A stretch of 64,000 nucleotides of DNA, from assembly GCA_964187785.1 (NCBI GenBank), contig OZ076421.1:34410001-34474000 (forward strand). Reading direction: 5' to 3'. The DNA comes from Amphiscolops sp. MND2022. Lineage: Eukaryota. The number at the start of each line of letters is the position of its first letter. Position 1 is the first letter of the stretch. The position numbers and the translations under genes are program-made. Shown here piece by piece: positions 33,401 to 48,400 of this stretch. The notes beneath the pieces are model-generated. The model did no database searches. It worked only from the letters and a program-made list of their open reading frames with translations, and had not been told where the DNA came from.

Positions 33401-36400
33401 ATCGGCGGCCGACGTGAACAACACTATCTCGTGGATAGTTATGGCTCCTCCCATTCCAACAGTGTTCTTGAAAAAAATATAATACAAAATAAAACGATGG
33501 TATCCCGACTTCAAAATGGGTCAATTTACAAAGTTAATTAAAGAAGAAAACGACTTATATTTAACGACGCGTATATATGTGATGAAGTTTGAATGATGAA
33601 AACACTTTTGGACGATCACTGAGAATCAATCAAGATAGTTAAACCGTGAAAAAAAAACTAAGAACAGTAGATACAAGAAGAGGGCCAATTTTGCGGCTAA
33701 AAGAAGGCAATTTCACGAGGGATCCACAGAAGTCAAACTCGTGCTGCAGAAAATGAATTGATATTTATCATCTGTTTTTACGGTCGCAATAAGGGCGGAT
33801 TATAAGTCCAGCTACACAACCTCATGGCCCTAATGAAGTCATACCATCTGGGGTGATCTGACACCCCTCAACAAAACCGGTAGAGTCAACTGGTTCCTTG
33901 AGACTCCCCCTAGGTCTCCTTGGCACAACCATGACCAGATAAATTCTCTTCACTTCTAACTTATTTATCGTTCATTTCAAAACATTACTGTCGTGCTAGG
34001 AAATTTTGTCAAATTCATAGACTAGCCAAAATTACATAGATAGCCGAAAAAATTATTCGTCTACTGAAATAGTTGTTTCAAGATACTTTTTATAGAAATA
34101 TTAAAGATGATTTGCAGATGATTTCAAAAAAGTGTTTGCTAACACTCGCGAGGTAAGAAGTTCTAGAACTTCCATGTTGAGAGAAAAAGTGTGACTCGCA
34201 AAGATCTAACAATAACATTCAAGATCTTACAGAAAATCCTCAAAGAAACTTGCTTTTAATGGCTTCCTTTCAAAATCCTTACCAATAATGTACTTCTTGC
34301 AGAGATCTTGGAAGAATCTTGGAAAACAATTTTTGACGAGAATTAAAAAGAAAATGTCCATTTGAAAAATCTTGAAATGAAAGCCTCAGAATTTGAGGGA
34401 CCTTACATAGCAAGACCTGGCAAGATCTCGGCAATTATTGCATGTTCTTTAAACCCGGGTTCATACGACGCTCTCTTATACTGGTGTTTATAATTAATTT
34501 TTAAAATTGACTGATCATAATTGCCTTGGTCAAAGACAGAAGCATTGGCCTGGTCGCTCATTTCCAGCAGCTGGGGGTAGAGGAAGTGTTGGGTGTAGAC
34601 AACGGCCAGCCTCACATTGTGGGAGACCACCGTTTTGATGAAGTCAGACACGTACGGACCCTTGGTCTCCGCGTTACTCACCACAAGCACGAAGTTACTG
34701 TTGGGCGAGGTCGTTCCCCCCGGCCCATATGTCTATGCGCGACAAGTTTAGGAAGTGAAAAAAAAACAAATATCAATCAAGGTCTTTTATGATAACATGT
34801 GATGAAAATTCTCTTATGAGCCTTCTTATGAAAAACATGTTTTCATTGAAGAATTAAAACATGTTTTCCTGGGTTTTGTGTTCAAAAATGCCCCCTCAGA
34901 AAACTAGAGGCGGTTCCACACTGAGAAAGATTGGTTTCATTGTATCAGCGCAATTAAAGACAGTCAATTTCTTGGGAAATTTGTGGTATATGAATTGAAA
35001 TAGCACCATAATAATAGCTCCATAATGGAGTTGGAGAAAACACCAGTACTTTTGCGATCAAGAATCTTGATAATAACGTATTAATTATGATTAGATTCAG
35101 ATTAAGCAGCTGATTAACTTCGATAAATGACCTTTGAGAACAAAATACTTCGAAAATGACAACATAATTTTCAAATTCTTGACATATAGCTTGTATAGTT
35201 TATACTCATAAACGTAGATTTCATATGAACTATTTATAATATTAATAGGTAAAAGTTTGAAGTAGGTTAAAATAGGAAAGACAAAGCTTATTCAAGCTGA
35301 AGCCACAAGACGTTTACCTCCTATTGGCAAGCAGATGCGACTAAGGTCAATATTTCAAAAAGATTTCATGTACGTAGACAAATGAGTTAATTTCATTGCA
35401 AATTTGGATGCAGTAACTTTGACATGAGTCTAGTTTTTTTTACAGTTGATTATGTTGTAGAAAGCTAACAAAGTTTTCAATGGCAAGTAGATTTTTTCGA
35501 AACTATCGATAGCTCTTTTTAAAAAATAACTCGAAAAACATTGTCTTTACTTCCAAAATCCATTCTCAGAAACTACTCATAATTAATTGTGTTCGTCCTT
35601 CTACACGCAGATTCGCTTTGTATTGGATGCTTCAAATGCCAATTGGTCGTATTTATACATCAATGGTACATTTAAACCTATTTGTCAGCATTCTACAAAC
35701 TGCATTATATAAAAAGATGACGTTAAAAATATTTTTCAAAGTAGAGTCAACAGACCTCAAGATTCTAGCTGAAATGAACAGAATTAGAAGATTAATTAGT
35801 CTCCTATTAAGCAACACAGATCGTCTTCAACACAAATTCAATGCCAGACTTACAAATTCATTGTCGGTTTCACTTCCAGAACAACCCAGGCTTTTGTAGC
35901 TGGTCAAAAGACCCCGCAAAGATTCCTGGTTCACAGTAGATGCATCAACTTTCAGACTTTGTCTCAGACCTTCAATTGCTTTATTCAAAGTCACACACGT
36001 CGATTCGACATTCATTGCGCCCTAAATTGCAACAAAAAACTCTGATCAAACTTCAGAAACTTTTATAAAGCTTCTACACGTTTCAGAGTACAAAAAGCTA
36101 TAAACTACTTTATTAAACCGATAGAATTTTGAACGAACTTAGGTGAACCTAGATTTCCAACCATCGATCAAGAGCCAAAGAAGCTTCTGGTTTTACAAGC
36201 ATTTACTTTCAACCTCTGCCCATTTTTGAATGAATTTCAGTTCCATTCAAGCATATTGGAAAAGGTTGAAAACGTAAATGCGAAATCGTTTCAAACTTAC
36301 TATCAACTATAAACTAACTAATTCTTTAATCAAGTGAATTTGTCAAGCAGAATTTATGTTTCAGACGATCTGTTATCATGAGTTAAAATATAATCACCTA

Positions 36401-39400
36401 CGTGAATTTATTACATATAATTCATATTACATTTAAAAAATAGGGGACGCCACAAAATGGCCGATTATTAGGCGTAACAAAATGGACGATTTTCGAAGCG
36501 TAAGAAAAGGACCTGAACAGCTTCGGAGACACACCTATAGTGTCCCACGCGTAGGACATTACTTGACTAGCAGCTGGTTTAGACGAAGGCCGACATGGAA
36601 GGAAAAAGGCCGAGTCATACAGCCAATCAAAAAATTCAAAACACTTTAAAAATCGGCCACTTTTGTTATGTTGAAAATCGGCCATTTTGTCGTGCATCCA
36701 TAATATATTATAACTAGAGCTAGCTGAAGCTGATTAAGATATATGATGACAACTCAAAGTACCAATCAAATTAGTTCAGCAAAACCATTTCGGTTATTAA
36801 CCAATTATTACTTCCCCAGTCTACTAACCCAATCAAGGTTGGTAATAGTGGCACCGCCGTCGGCCACACATTTTTTGTACTGGGTCTCCAATTGGCTGAT
36901 CACTTCCGAGGATGAGTCACCACTTTGCCTCATCATCTTGATCGTGTCCATGATCGACTCACAGCTAGCCAATCCAGTCGAAGCTCCCTGCAACCAAAGT
37001 TTCGACACCTTCCTTTTCCCCACAAAAAAAACATCGGAAAAAGCTCGTTTTTGTGTTTTTTTGCAAAAGCTAGGACATGCCTCCTCAAATGTAATGCAAG
37101 ATGTGCTGGGAAAATGCAGTAGTTTACAAGGAGGACACATAAGCCAAAGTTCAGGAGGAGTATTTGAGTAAACTCTTTGTGGGGTAAAGGAAGTTTGTTT
37201 GGCCTCGCTCATTGCGACCCAAGAAGTCGGTTTGGCTCGAGGGGTGAATAGGATCCATGGAACTCAGGAACTCGTACAGTGACTATATTATGATAATATT
37301 ATTTTCCCCTACGTTATCAGTTGTCATCATACACTTTGTAAAATTTTAGTAATGATCGATCAGTCTTAGAGCCTGGACCAGTTATTGGGTTAATTAATTC
37401 TTGATCGATTTTTTAAAAAATTAACCAAAAAGTAGTTGACAGTTAGAGCCGAGTCCAGTTGATGAACGGATGGTCTCTACAATGGTCTAAAAATCAAAAG
37501 GAAAACTACTACACTTGGTTCAGAAAAAAAATAGAAATATCGCTCATGTTTTTGGTCATTTGAAAATTCACGAAAGCTATATTTTTAAATCAAAATTCTG
37601 TTTAACGATTCATCGCAACAACTCGTTCAAATTCATGTTTTTGTGAACGAAGGTGAAGCTTGTTAACCTGTTATTTTAAACGATCAATCGATTAGACTAA
37701 AATTTCAAGTGGCCCAGGCTCTCTAATCAGTCTTAATCACTTTTGAGAACATATGCTTCAGCTAGCTCAAGAATACCGCATAGCATTCCTTTTGAGGAAG
37801 TTTTCCGATACTTACAGCGCCAGAGTCGAATCCGCCCGATTCCAAGCATTTCTTGTAGTTCAACTTGACTCTCTCAATCACGACAGGGTCTGGGTTTGTT
37901 TCAACTTGAAGCGATTTGAGAACAGTAGCAAAATGATCACAAGTGGCAGATCCGCCGCTTCCTTCTCCCTGGAATACCATGCAGTAAGGATACAGTGGTA
38001 CAATTAAATCACCCAAAAATGAAAGGACATCAACCAATGAAACATCAGGAAAGAAGACGGGATTCGAATCTGATTGGCTAATGAATTTCAGAGTAATTTA
38101 ATCACACCACTGTACATCTACTTGAGCTAGCTGATGACCCATGATCGATGGTGGAAAAAACAATAGAAGCTTCTAACAAACAAATTATTTAGTCCTATTT
38201 TATCCCAAATGAACGGAATTTTTGGGGCTTATGAGAAGCCTAATGTCTCACTTAATAGAGTTTAACTTCTTAGGACTGTTGCATGATATTGCCAACTCAG
38301 GTGTAACATCAAGAACGAAAGATGTAAAAACCAAATGTTTTGATATACCTGTCTTCCTTTTTTTAAAATTCAAAAGTCGCCGCAATTTTTCATGAAACAA
38401 CCTGCGGCTTATACTCGATTGCGGCTAACAATAAACAAACACCTTGAGCAAGTAATAATGTCACTTACGCCTTCGTTTTCATCGATGTCTGCCAGACATT
38501 GAGGGTTCTTTTGCATGAGGAGGGCACGCACGGACTGGTCAGAAGACGAAAGGAAAAGTTTGCGAATATCGTCACAAGACAATATTTCAGAGGAGCCGCT
38601 GCCACCCTAAGCAAACGAGAACCCGTCAAAATGTGTATTTGTGACCTATATATTGCAACGATAGGTGGATTGAAAATAAAAATGAGCACCCCTCGACGAC
38701 AGAAGTCGGCTCCCTTAAGCGGTTCAAAAAGCGGAAGGAATCGCTCTTGAAAGTTTTCACCATACTAAAGATGAACTTCTTAACTGAAAGTCGGGAAATG
38801 GGAAATTTTCGGAGAAATGTCGAACAGTGCCGAAAAACACCTCCCAATGGGGACATTCTTAGCGTAAAATGAAGTTGCGAAATTCGCCAAAATTTCAACC
38901 CAAATGCGAGCATAGATAACCCAAGACTTCTGACGCAAAAACAAGTTTCAACACCTCTGTTCATTGATTTCTAAATGCAATAACGGTAAATATTGAAGAC
39001 AAGGATCATTGCGATAAAACTCCTAATTGACAATACCATGCAACAAGTTCTTAAACCAAGCCAAACTCTCAAGGTTAGAAGACACTTTTGCCAAACTAAT
39101 GATAAAAGCTACAGGAAATAAAAGCGATGATCTCAAACTAACGGAGCTCTGCGCCCGACATTGGTCGAGACTTTGTCGACTAAGATCGATCATGTCTTTG
39201 TTACCGGAAGCTTTCGCGTTCTCGTAAATTTGCTCCCACTGATCACAGTTAACGTCACTTCCACCGATCAAATCTCCAGGTCCCTGAACAAAAAATGTGC
39301 GAAAGTTTTGAGAAAATATGCTAATATATTGCGACAAATTAGTGCAGTAAATGTATGCAACCAACAACGATAAATAACTTCAATTTTATTGAGGCCGAAT

Positions 39401-42400
39401 TCGCTTTATTTTGAAATCTCGCAGAAGACACTGAGAGCAGTGATCGGTGGAAGTCACAAGATAGCGACACTTGGTTTAAGGTATTTCAACAAACCCAATT
39501 AGGTTAAATTTCCCCAACACTATCGAAAGAACATTTCAATTGGCCCCGTCACAGCCAAGAAACAACGATCAACTTACAAATTACGCCACGCTGCATTAAA
39601 ACTTTTGTGGTCATTTATTGGCGTTTATGAATCAGATCTTTCAAATTTTGTGTGACTCAGCTTGAAGATGTTCTTTCGACTTCAGGGGAAAAGTTAGTCG
39701 ACAACCCTACCTGTTGATTAGCGAGACAAGTGAAATAGGCGTCTCTAGCCAACTGTTTTTGTTTCTCCGACAAAGAGTTATCTTTCATGGCCGTGTTGTA
39801 AGCCTGTTCTGCACTGGTACAAGAAACCCCCTCCGATTGGCCACCGTCTACACCCGAACCACCCTAAACAGCCACGATAGTACCGTGTTACCCAATTGGT
39901 TAATCACTTTGTTTGGGTCCATCAAAAATTTCGCCGATGAAGGGTCTGGTTTGTTCGGCAGCTAATTTTATTCATTCAACAACTCGTGCAACAAGGTTTT
40001 ATAATTTTAAAGAATCATCGAATAAACCAACCCTTGGTTGAAACAAAATATCAAAACATTTTCAACACGATAAAAAATGTCCCTGTTTTATAGGCTCGGT
40101 TTATTACTTCTCAAAGTTTTTCAAAAATTGAAAGTTCCAGGTCGACAGCAAAATGTGGGACCTAAACCCAACCTATTAGTTAAGTCAATAAGCCTACAGG
40201 TAAGTAGAGCAATCCTGAGATTGAATGTCACTTCCTAATGGGAGGTTCGGAAGGGGTTCACTCGTACCACAGAACAAGCTGTACAAATTTAATCAACAAG
40301 CATGAAAAGTTAATGAAGCATTTTTGCCTAGATAAGGTGATTGTGAGTCAAACTTCAGGGAAGAATGATGAAAACCAAACCTTATTAGTTAAAGTGTTAG
40401 TTAGTTTTTAATTCGTTAGTTAAGTAACAAGAGCTGAACGTCTCAAGTCCTAATTAGGGCACTGCGTGGACTAGTATGTTGAAAAAAATCATTCTGATAC
40501 ATTCTGTGGTCTGACGAAAAAAAGCTAGTCATTGCAATAGTCGACCAAATTTTCTTACAAAATAAGCCGACTAAAAACAACACGGAAAAGTTAATCAAAA
40601 GTTGCCAACTAGACAAAAGCTTTCACACTTCATTCTCAATTGACTCAGCCTACAATTGCTACAGCAAAAATGCTTCTAAGAGGACAAAAGCGACTGGTTT
40701 CCAGAAATTCGGAAAGTTGTTTTCCGATTCCTAAATCAGATAAGCATCAATCTCGATGAAAATATAAAATCTCTATAACCGGAATATCAACCAAAACTTT
40801 ATTAGTAATCCACATCAAATAGAAAAAAAACTAATTGGAGAAGATTTAGAACGAACCGAGCTCGGGTCTTGGTTTTGGCAAGCTTCGAGGTCATTTCTCA
40901 ACAATCGGATCAAATTAGAAGCCAAGCCATTAGCTATGCCCTCTCTCAAAGCCTCCAATTCCTTGTCACAGCCTTCACCTGACCCTCCAACTGACACCTA
41001 CGCAACAAACACCCAAAATATCTTCCATTGGGCAGAATTCCACCAATTAGAAGCCGTCATTCACATTCAAAGGGGTTGACTTTGACTATGCAAACTCTAA
41101 ATGACATTGACCACTAGTTAATTCATATTCTTTGTATCAATCGAAGCGGCTTATAGCCGGGCGAATTATGTTTTCATAAAGTCATGAGAAAATTTTTATG
41201 CGAACAGATTTTAAGCATAATTGAGCTAATTTTTGATGATTTTGATCTAACTCAGACAGCAGTTCTTGAGAAGAGTCAGTGGTATGCTGCTATAGATAGA
41301 CGTCTATTTAGAACGGTGTTAAGTCGAGAATGAGCTATTCAGTGGAGTTCGAAATAGACTAGGTCGAAAAATTTAGAATCCATATGCAAATTGGGATACC
41401 TCAGATTTGAGAACTTTCCATTTTTGCTCTACTCGATTCAAACAATTTGAAATTTTCAATGGGCTCTCATTACCGACGAATTGAGGAATTGGTAATCGGA
41501 TCTCCGCATAAGTTGTAACCTCTTTCAAAGTTGGAAAATCAATAGTATTGGGTAAATATCATGGAAACGTGGCTCTGAACTCAAGGGATCAGACAATACA
41601 AGCGGATGAATCTAAACAGGAACTGCAAAATGTAACAGCGAAACACTTCCAACTATGTGTGAGCTTGAAGATAAAACTATCGACGGAAACCAGGAAAAGC
41701 AAAATAAAGACATGGAACAGAGTCAAAATCTCAATCCTCGCATACTCTAACTCAAACTCAACTTGACTTGATCTAATTACAAGTTGTTAAATGATACAGC
41801 TATCCCAAAACCCCAGGAAGAGTACAAAAAGCACACAAATTGATCAGTATCACAGACCACAGAAGGGAGACAATCATGAAAAAGAGCAAAAAGGACGCAC
41901 CGATCCTTCAGACGATTCTTGAACACACTTCTCGAGCGATGATTTCAACATCTGGATGACGTTGGCAGAGTATCCCAGTTGGATTCCTTCCTGGTAAGCC
42001 TGTCTTTCTTGTGCACAAGAAATGCCGTCTCCTCCTATTACAGAGGGATCCACCTGGGAACAACAACAAACACCACTTACAACAAATACAACTTTCTCCA
42101 CATTTTCCACACTTCGTGGAAAACGTTCGGATCGTTTGAATCTCCGGGGAAAAACGACAAATGAGGAGCTGAGATGGCATTAAGTTTTTAGCATTGGGTC
42201 GGAAACCACGTCAAAATTAAGCACGAAAACCAACCAAAAGCTAATCAAAAATTGAAACGTTAATCACTGCTCATCAGTTAGGTTAAACATCACGACGCCA
42301 GTTCATTATTGAGACAAAAGAGAATCGTATTCAGAGACCTCAAAACCTCGCCAACTTTAACAAAATAATGAAAAGGCCGAGGACAAGTTAGCGGTATATC

Positions 42401-45400
42401 GGAAACCAATCGAAACCCTCCAAGACACAAGAACACAAACCTATACAACAAAAGTCATCAAAACTTCCACCAAGCCTCATCTTGATTTATGCAATCACCT
42501 CGAAACGAAAACCTCAAAAAACTACTCAGAAAATTGCTCGAAAGATACACTCATTTGCTTATCTTGAGGAGACAGTGAAGAGCATCGACAATAAAGAAAC
42601 AACATCCAATTAGTAAGAGAATTTTGAAATCAAAGCATGCCGAAAACAAAACGCCTTCGACACAAAACTACCTGCTGATCATTCTGACACTGAAGCAACG
42701 CCTTTCTGAGGACGTCCAAAATCTCCTGGTTGAATCCACTGCGTATTCCATCTTCCAAAGCTCTCTGCTCTTTATCGCAGCCACTGATATCAACAGCAGA
42801 TGACCCACTCCCAGATTCCTGAAGAAAACTTGTTGGATTGAATATTGAAACTCCGTTGTATGTTTGGGCTGATAACACGTCGGTTTTTCGTGATTATTAT
42901 AAACAGGAACCAAGCGGCAAAGGAACAGTCGATAGTAACGGGAAATTTCAAAGTTAGAATGAATAAAAAGTGCGAATCATTGAAACTAACAATTTGTTTA
43001 AGTCGACTAGAGTTATGTTTCCTGATTTAATGAGAATGAAGTTTAATAAAGTTCAATAAAGATTTGTTGTCCAAGATGAACCGCGTAGAAAAACTCAATT
43101 TGCCTAAAAAGTATTTCTAAGTAGCGAATGTAACTGACTCAAAACAAACGATATCAAGTGACGACATGGGAAACTAGAACGAGAAAAGAATCGATCCCAT
43201 AACATCACATTAACTAATAATCTATGATGCAAGGACAAAACTCGAAAATAGTTTTGACAAAAATTGGGAAAATTTTAATTTTGAGAACCGTAACAACCAT
43301 CATCATCATCTCACATGATCCTTGCTAAAAAAGCTCACCTTGAAAAATTTTCAGGGGAAAAGTAATCATTGCAATAACCTTACAAACGTTTCCTTGCTAA
43401 ATCTAAGGAAATTAACCCCTGGCAAAATCTTGCAACTGCATTTTTTAAGAAAAACATTGTTTACAAGATCTAGCAAGGGATCTATTAGACATGGATATTG
43501 CACGATTCTTCCAAAGAGTTAAAGGAAAATGCATTAACTTGTAAGATCTTGAAAGATTCTCGCAAGATCCGTGCAAGGAAGCTGCTTTTTAATAACCAGG
43601 AAGGCCAAAACTTGATCGAATCCTGCAAACATTTGAAGAAATGATCCTTTCAGAGTGAAAAGTTCAATCAGCGACTCGACACACTAAATATAAGAGAGCT
43701 GCAATACGCAAACCAGAGAAGAAATAGGTACAACCGCACCTTTTAGAACGCTTAAGCTACCACCATTGTTGAGAATTTCAGCAAGTTACTGCTTGAGTGT
43801 CAAAATGCTAACTGCAAGCATCAGGTTGGTCCCCTCCATTACAATCTCGATTCAGAAGCACAAACTGGCCTATGTGAAACTGGACGTTGAAAAGCAGCTA
43901 AATGAACGAAAACAGACCAGATCGCTGACAGACTAATGAGATCAATGCCAAACAGGAAACCATTTTTATCCATTTCATTATCCCCCAATGAACATAGAGA
44001 TCGTAGCGAATTTTCAAAAAATATGGAAAACTGTTTTCAACCGTTAACATTGCCACAACTACGCATATCAGTGGACACATAAATGAACTATAAGAGTTTG
44101 AAAGGTGCAATCACAGGCTTTAATTTTGCTTCTGTGAGCCCATATCGCCATGCCCCTTTCTTAACAATTACCGTTTCTTTTTCCGGTACCGCTGCTCCTC
44201 GGCCATTCCGCACTTCCTTCGTCCAACCCGCTACGTCAGTGCTTGTAACAACAGCATATGTGATTTTGTTGCACGAGACCTTGCTGTGTAGGGGTATAGG
44301 TTGCCGTTTTATATACTTCACGGAGTTTTGAGAAAATTGGCTCTCATCAATAAGATAGTACTGGAAGAAACTAAATATTTTTTTCAAGAAAAACAGAATT
44401 TCTTAACGACGGAGAATTTCTAACCCTTCTGCTGTTGTTCAAAAAAGGTACAAAAAATACAAAATATAAACTGTGATATTGTGGGGATGCCAAAAAAAGT
44501 TTTAGAGGACAGCCATTGAATTTCATTAGCAACTTAGTAAACGCATTTTTTAAAATTTCTGATTCATTCATTGTTATGGCCATATATGTTCAACATTCTG
44601 ATGCTACGTTAAATATTCATGTCAAATGTTCCATTTTTCAAAACTGCTAATAGAAAACGTACTGACTAGCTGCACTATTGCAGTGAATAGTTTTACCTTC
44701 AGACCCCAGAGCTCATATCGTATGGTCAACGTTTCACAGAATTTACGCCTACGATCTAAAACATACCCAGAGAAGCTAAAGGGTCCTCCCTTTCGGCGCA
44801 CACTTTCCGATGATCTACGAAACTACATTACAAGGATATTTTCGGAACTGTGCAATTTTTGATAAGTTTTCAATCAAAGGGTCACCCTTTAGTTTATTTG
44901 ACATTTTCGGTTGCCAAGAAGCCCTTTTGAGCCCATTCTTTAGAACTGTGAGATTTCGCCATGAAAACTTTTTTGAAATTCAGAGAGATTCACCAGCATG
45001 AATGTTAGGAACAAGAGCATTCTTTACAAGGTCTACAGTTCTGCAAATACTCGGGAAATTTCACAAAATTCTCAATTTTCCGGACAGTAACCTTTTCTTT
45101 GAAGCTGTCAAGTTTTAAAGTCTCGAGACATTATCATTTTAGCGGCTCGTTCTTGACACGAATCACAATCAATTTCAAGTGACGTAAAGAACAATCCATC
45201 AAACTAACAAAAACCTCACTCTCAAACTTGCATATTCAAGTTAGTAATGCGATCAATTAATTCACAACCCCAAATCAATTCCAAGGACAGCATGCTACGA
45301 ATAAAGGCAACGGACTGCAATAAACTACCTGCTGATCCGACTGGCATTGGAGCAACGCCTTTCTGAGCACATCCAAAATTCCCTGGCTGAGACCATTGCG

Positions 45401-48400
45401 AATTCCATCTTCCAGCGCTTGCCTTTCCTTGTCGCAACTGCCGTTATCAACCGAACTACTTCCCGAGTCCTGAACAACACCAAACGTTGCGCCATCCATG
45501 ATCATTGAGAAAATGAAGTTTCGTATAACTATGTTTCGTATTACATAGTTGGGATAACACCAACATGCAATAGCAAACAAGGCATAATTTGTTCTAAATT
45601 TGGATACTGAAATTGAGTTCAATAGGAACACATCCAGATGGTCAAGCCCGTGAAAGAAAATGACAATGAAGATTCACCTCGGAGTGGGAGATTGCTTACG
45701 TCACAAAAAAACCGTCGCAGACTTAAAACAAAACACGCAAAGCATTACACGGATTCAAGCCCATGAACCCATGTTCCGACAACAACGCAATGGGTTCCAA
45801 AAAAACCAACAATCTACCTCTAAGTCCCATTTTGCAATCCTGGCTTTGGAAAGAAAACGAACAGTAACAGAAAGAAAATGACCAATTTTGGAAACGCACT
45901 TCAAACTTGGTGAATCTTTCCATTCAAGACAGATTTCTCAAAACAATTCTCATACGTTTCTCTGGGAGCATCCAAATTTTGGCCTATAAGCTTCGTTGCT
46001 TGGATACAGGAGAAAGTTTCTTAGACACTTGAAAAAAAGAGAACACTACTTGAAAAGTATTTTTCGCATTCGCTCCTTTGAAAGTAGTCCAAGATTTCAG
46101 CAAATGATTGATTGGGTAATACCGAACACACGCTCGTTTTAGTATCTCATAAGCTGCTCTGATAACTAAGTAAATAATTGGCTCAGCCGTTGGCTACCGA
46201 AAAAAAGTAACTGTCAATGTTACTAAACGATCCATTTTTCATTTTCGTAGTAAATCATTGTATGGTGTCAGAACAATTAATGCCATGCAATTTTAACTGT
46301 AGGTTGCCATTGCAAACTCTCACACTTTCAACCTTTCGCATTCTCAACCTACTGCTATTTAGATGCTATCAAATATTGAAGAATTGATCCAAATTGGCCA
46401 CAAAATTACATTATCGGAAGAGTATTTCATCATACAATAAGTCGAACTTTGGGTGATTAAAATGTAAAGAACAGGCAATGTAATTCATCAAAAGTGGCGG
46501 AAAAATTTGCGTATGTTGTTTTTAGAATGTTTGAAGAAAAAATCGAAGAAAGGAAATGTCGCGTAACTGCGTTCAACGCAGTACAAGAATACCTCTTTTT
46601 CCGATTGGCATTTCAACAGTGCGTCTCGCAAAACTTCCAGGGTTGCCTTGCCTAATCCATTTCTGATTCCGTTATCCAGAACTTCTTGCTCCCGTTCACA
46701 ACCATCGGTGGACGCGGAACCCGCGCTAGCCTACACAAATACAAGGTGATCCACTCAAAAATGTATTTCGACAATCATTAAAACTTACAAACAAACTAAT
46801 AGCGACATAAAAATTGATTGGTTTTTAGAAATCGAATCGCATGGAATCTTGCAGACCTGAATCAGAACTGAATTGGTATAAAAATGAGGTTCATTTTTTT
46901 ATTGGATCACCATGTATTGACTTGTATAACTTTTCCAACCTAATTTCAATGAATTGCTTTGCTTGTACGAATTATATATGCGAAAGTTCACAGAGTACGT
47001 CGAATTCCACAATGCAAACAAAAAGGTTTAAAACTAGGTGTTCAGTGTTTGAAGCAAGGGTATTTCGATTTGTTCAACCAAGAACGGAAAAATTCAAGTA
47101 CTTCAAATTTCGAAACTTTTCAACCGGAATGACTTGAAGTAAAAGAATTTGGTCCATTAATGAAACCAGGACCATTATTCCTCACTCAAAGTATCCAAAG
47201 TCCCAAATCGAAACGAGTCTCCACATTGGCCATAGGGAATGATACTGAAGAATGGCGAGACGAAACGTATATTTATAGAAACTTGAATTCTAAAATACAA
47301 GGACAAATCTGAAAAGCAAGAAATGAATCGGTGAAGCACAATGAAACGCCACAGACAACAATTGAATCGAGTAGGATTTTTGAGTTACGCTTTGCTTAGT
47401 AACATTCAGAAAAACCCTGCAAGTAAAAATGAATGAGTCATAATGGATGCACAACGGAAACAGAACCTGAAAGCTGGTCAATTTCACAAAATGAACTCAC
47501 GAATCACGATCAAAGTGACATACAGAATTTCGAAAAGCTGAATGACAAGCATTTGCTAGACAAGCCGATAAAGGCCCAATTCGGCGCTTGCTCAAAATTC
47601 AGGACGAGCGAAGTGTTTTGAATATGCAAAGGGACACAATTGTGGGAATTTCAACCGATTTAACAGTGCCGGAAAATTCCCAAAAGGATACCCCTAAGAC
47701 TTAAAAACCGCTTTTCCATAACTCAAAACATCAAATAACCAATTGAAAAGATCGGTCTTAAAACGCAGTGTCGCACCAGCGGACGCTTTAACAACTGCGC
47801 TTTACTGTAAAAAAAGATCGGCGTTTGCGATATTCGAATCCACAACGTAAAGAGTAGCGCGTGCACTGGAGTGTTTGAAGATCGATCCTAATCGAGAACC
47901 ATTTTTTTTGCCGCGGCAGAAAGATTTTTGCGTCGTTCTCTAGCCACTAGACCAACTCCCGCTTGATTTCAACTTGTAGAAAAATTCAGCTCATTCCGCA
48001 GACTTGAATTTGGAAAGAGCAGTCGGGTTAATGAAACTTGTGGATTTGAAAAAAATACATATTTGGTTGCTCAAGATTTTTTAAAATGAACTTTACGAAG
48101 CATGAACTGCAAAAAGACGGTGCACTGTAAGATCTCTGCTTTAGGCTACAATAACCAATAACTTCAAAGTTCAATAATAAGCTGAGAGCGATTCAAGTCG
48201 GTGCCCGCTCACGGCTCAAAAGAGTAAAGTTTTTTAAATATGCAAAAGGACACTATTGTTAAAAATTTATCAATTTTATAGTTCCGAAAAAAAAATCCGA
48301 AGGGATACGCATAAGACTCGAAACAACTTTCCCCCAACTGGATACAAAAAAAAACATTTTTTGAGAAACAAATTTGAATTTTTTTCACGAGGTATAAGTC

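Noticed and set aside
44088-44387. 99-aa ORF faintly resembling a Buster/ZBED5 hAT transposase segment (VKYIKRQP...KEVR)
   Set aside because: Similarity too weak to support without a profile search; no TIRs found.
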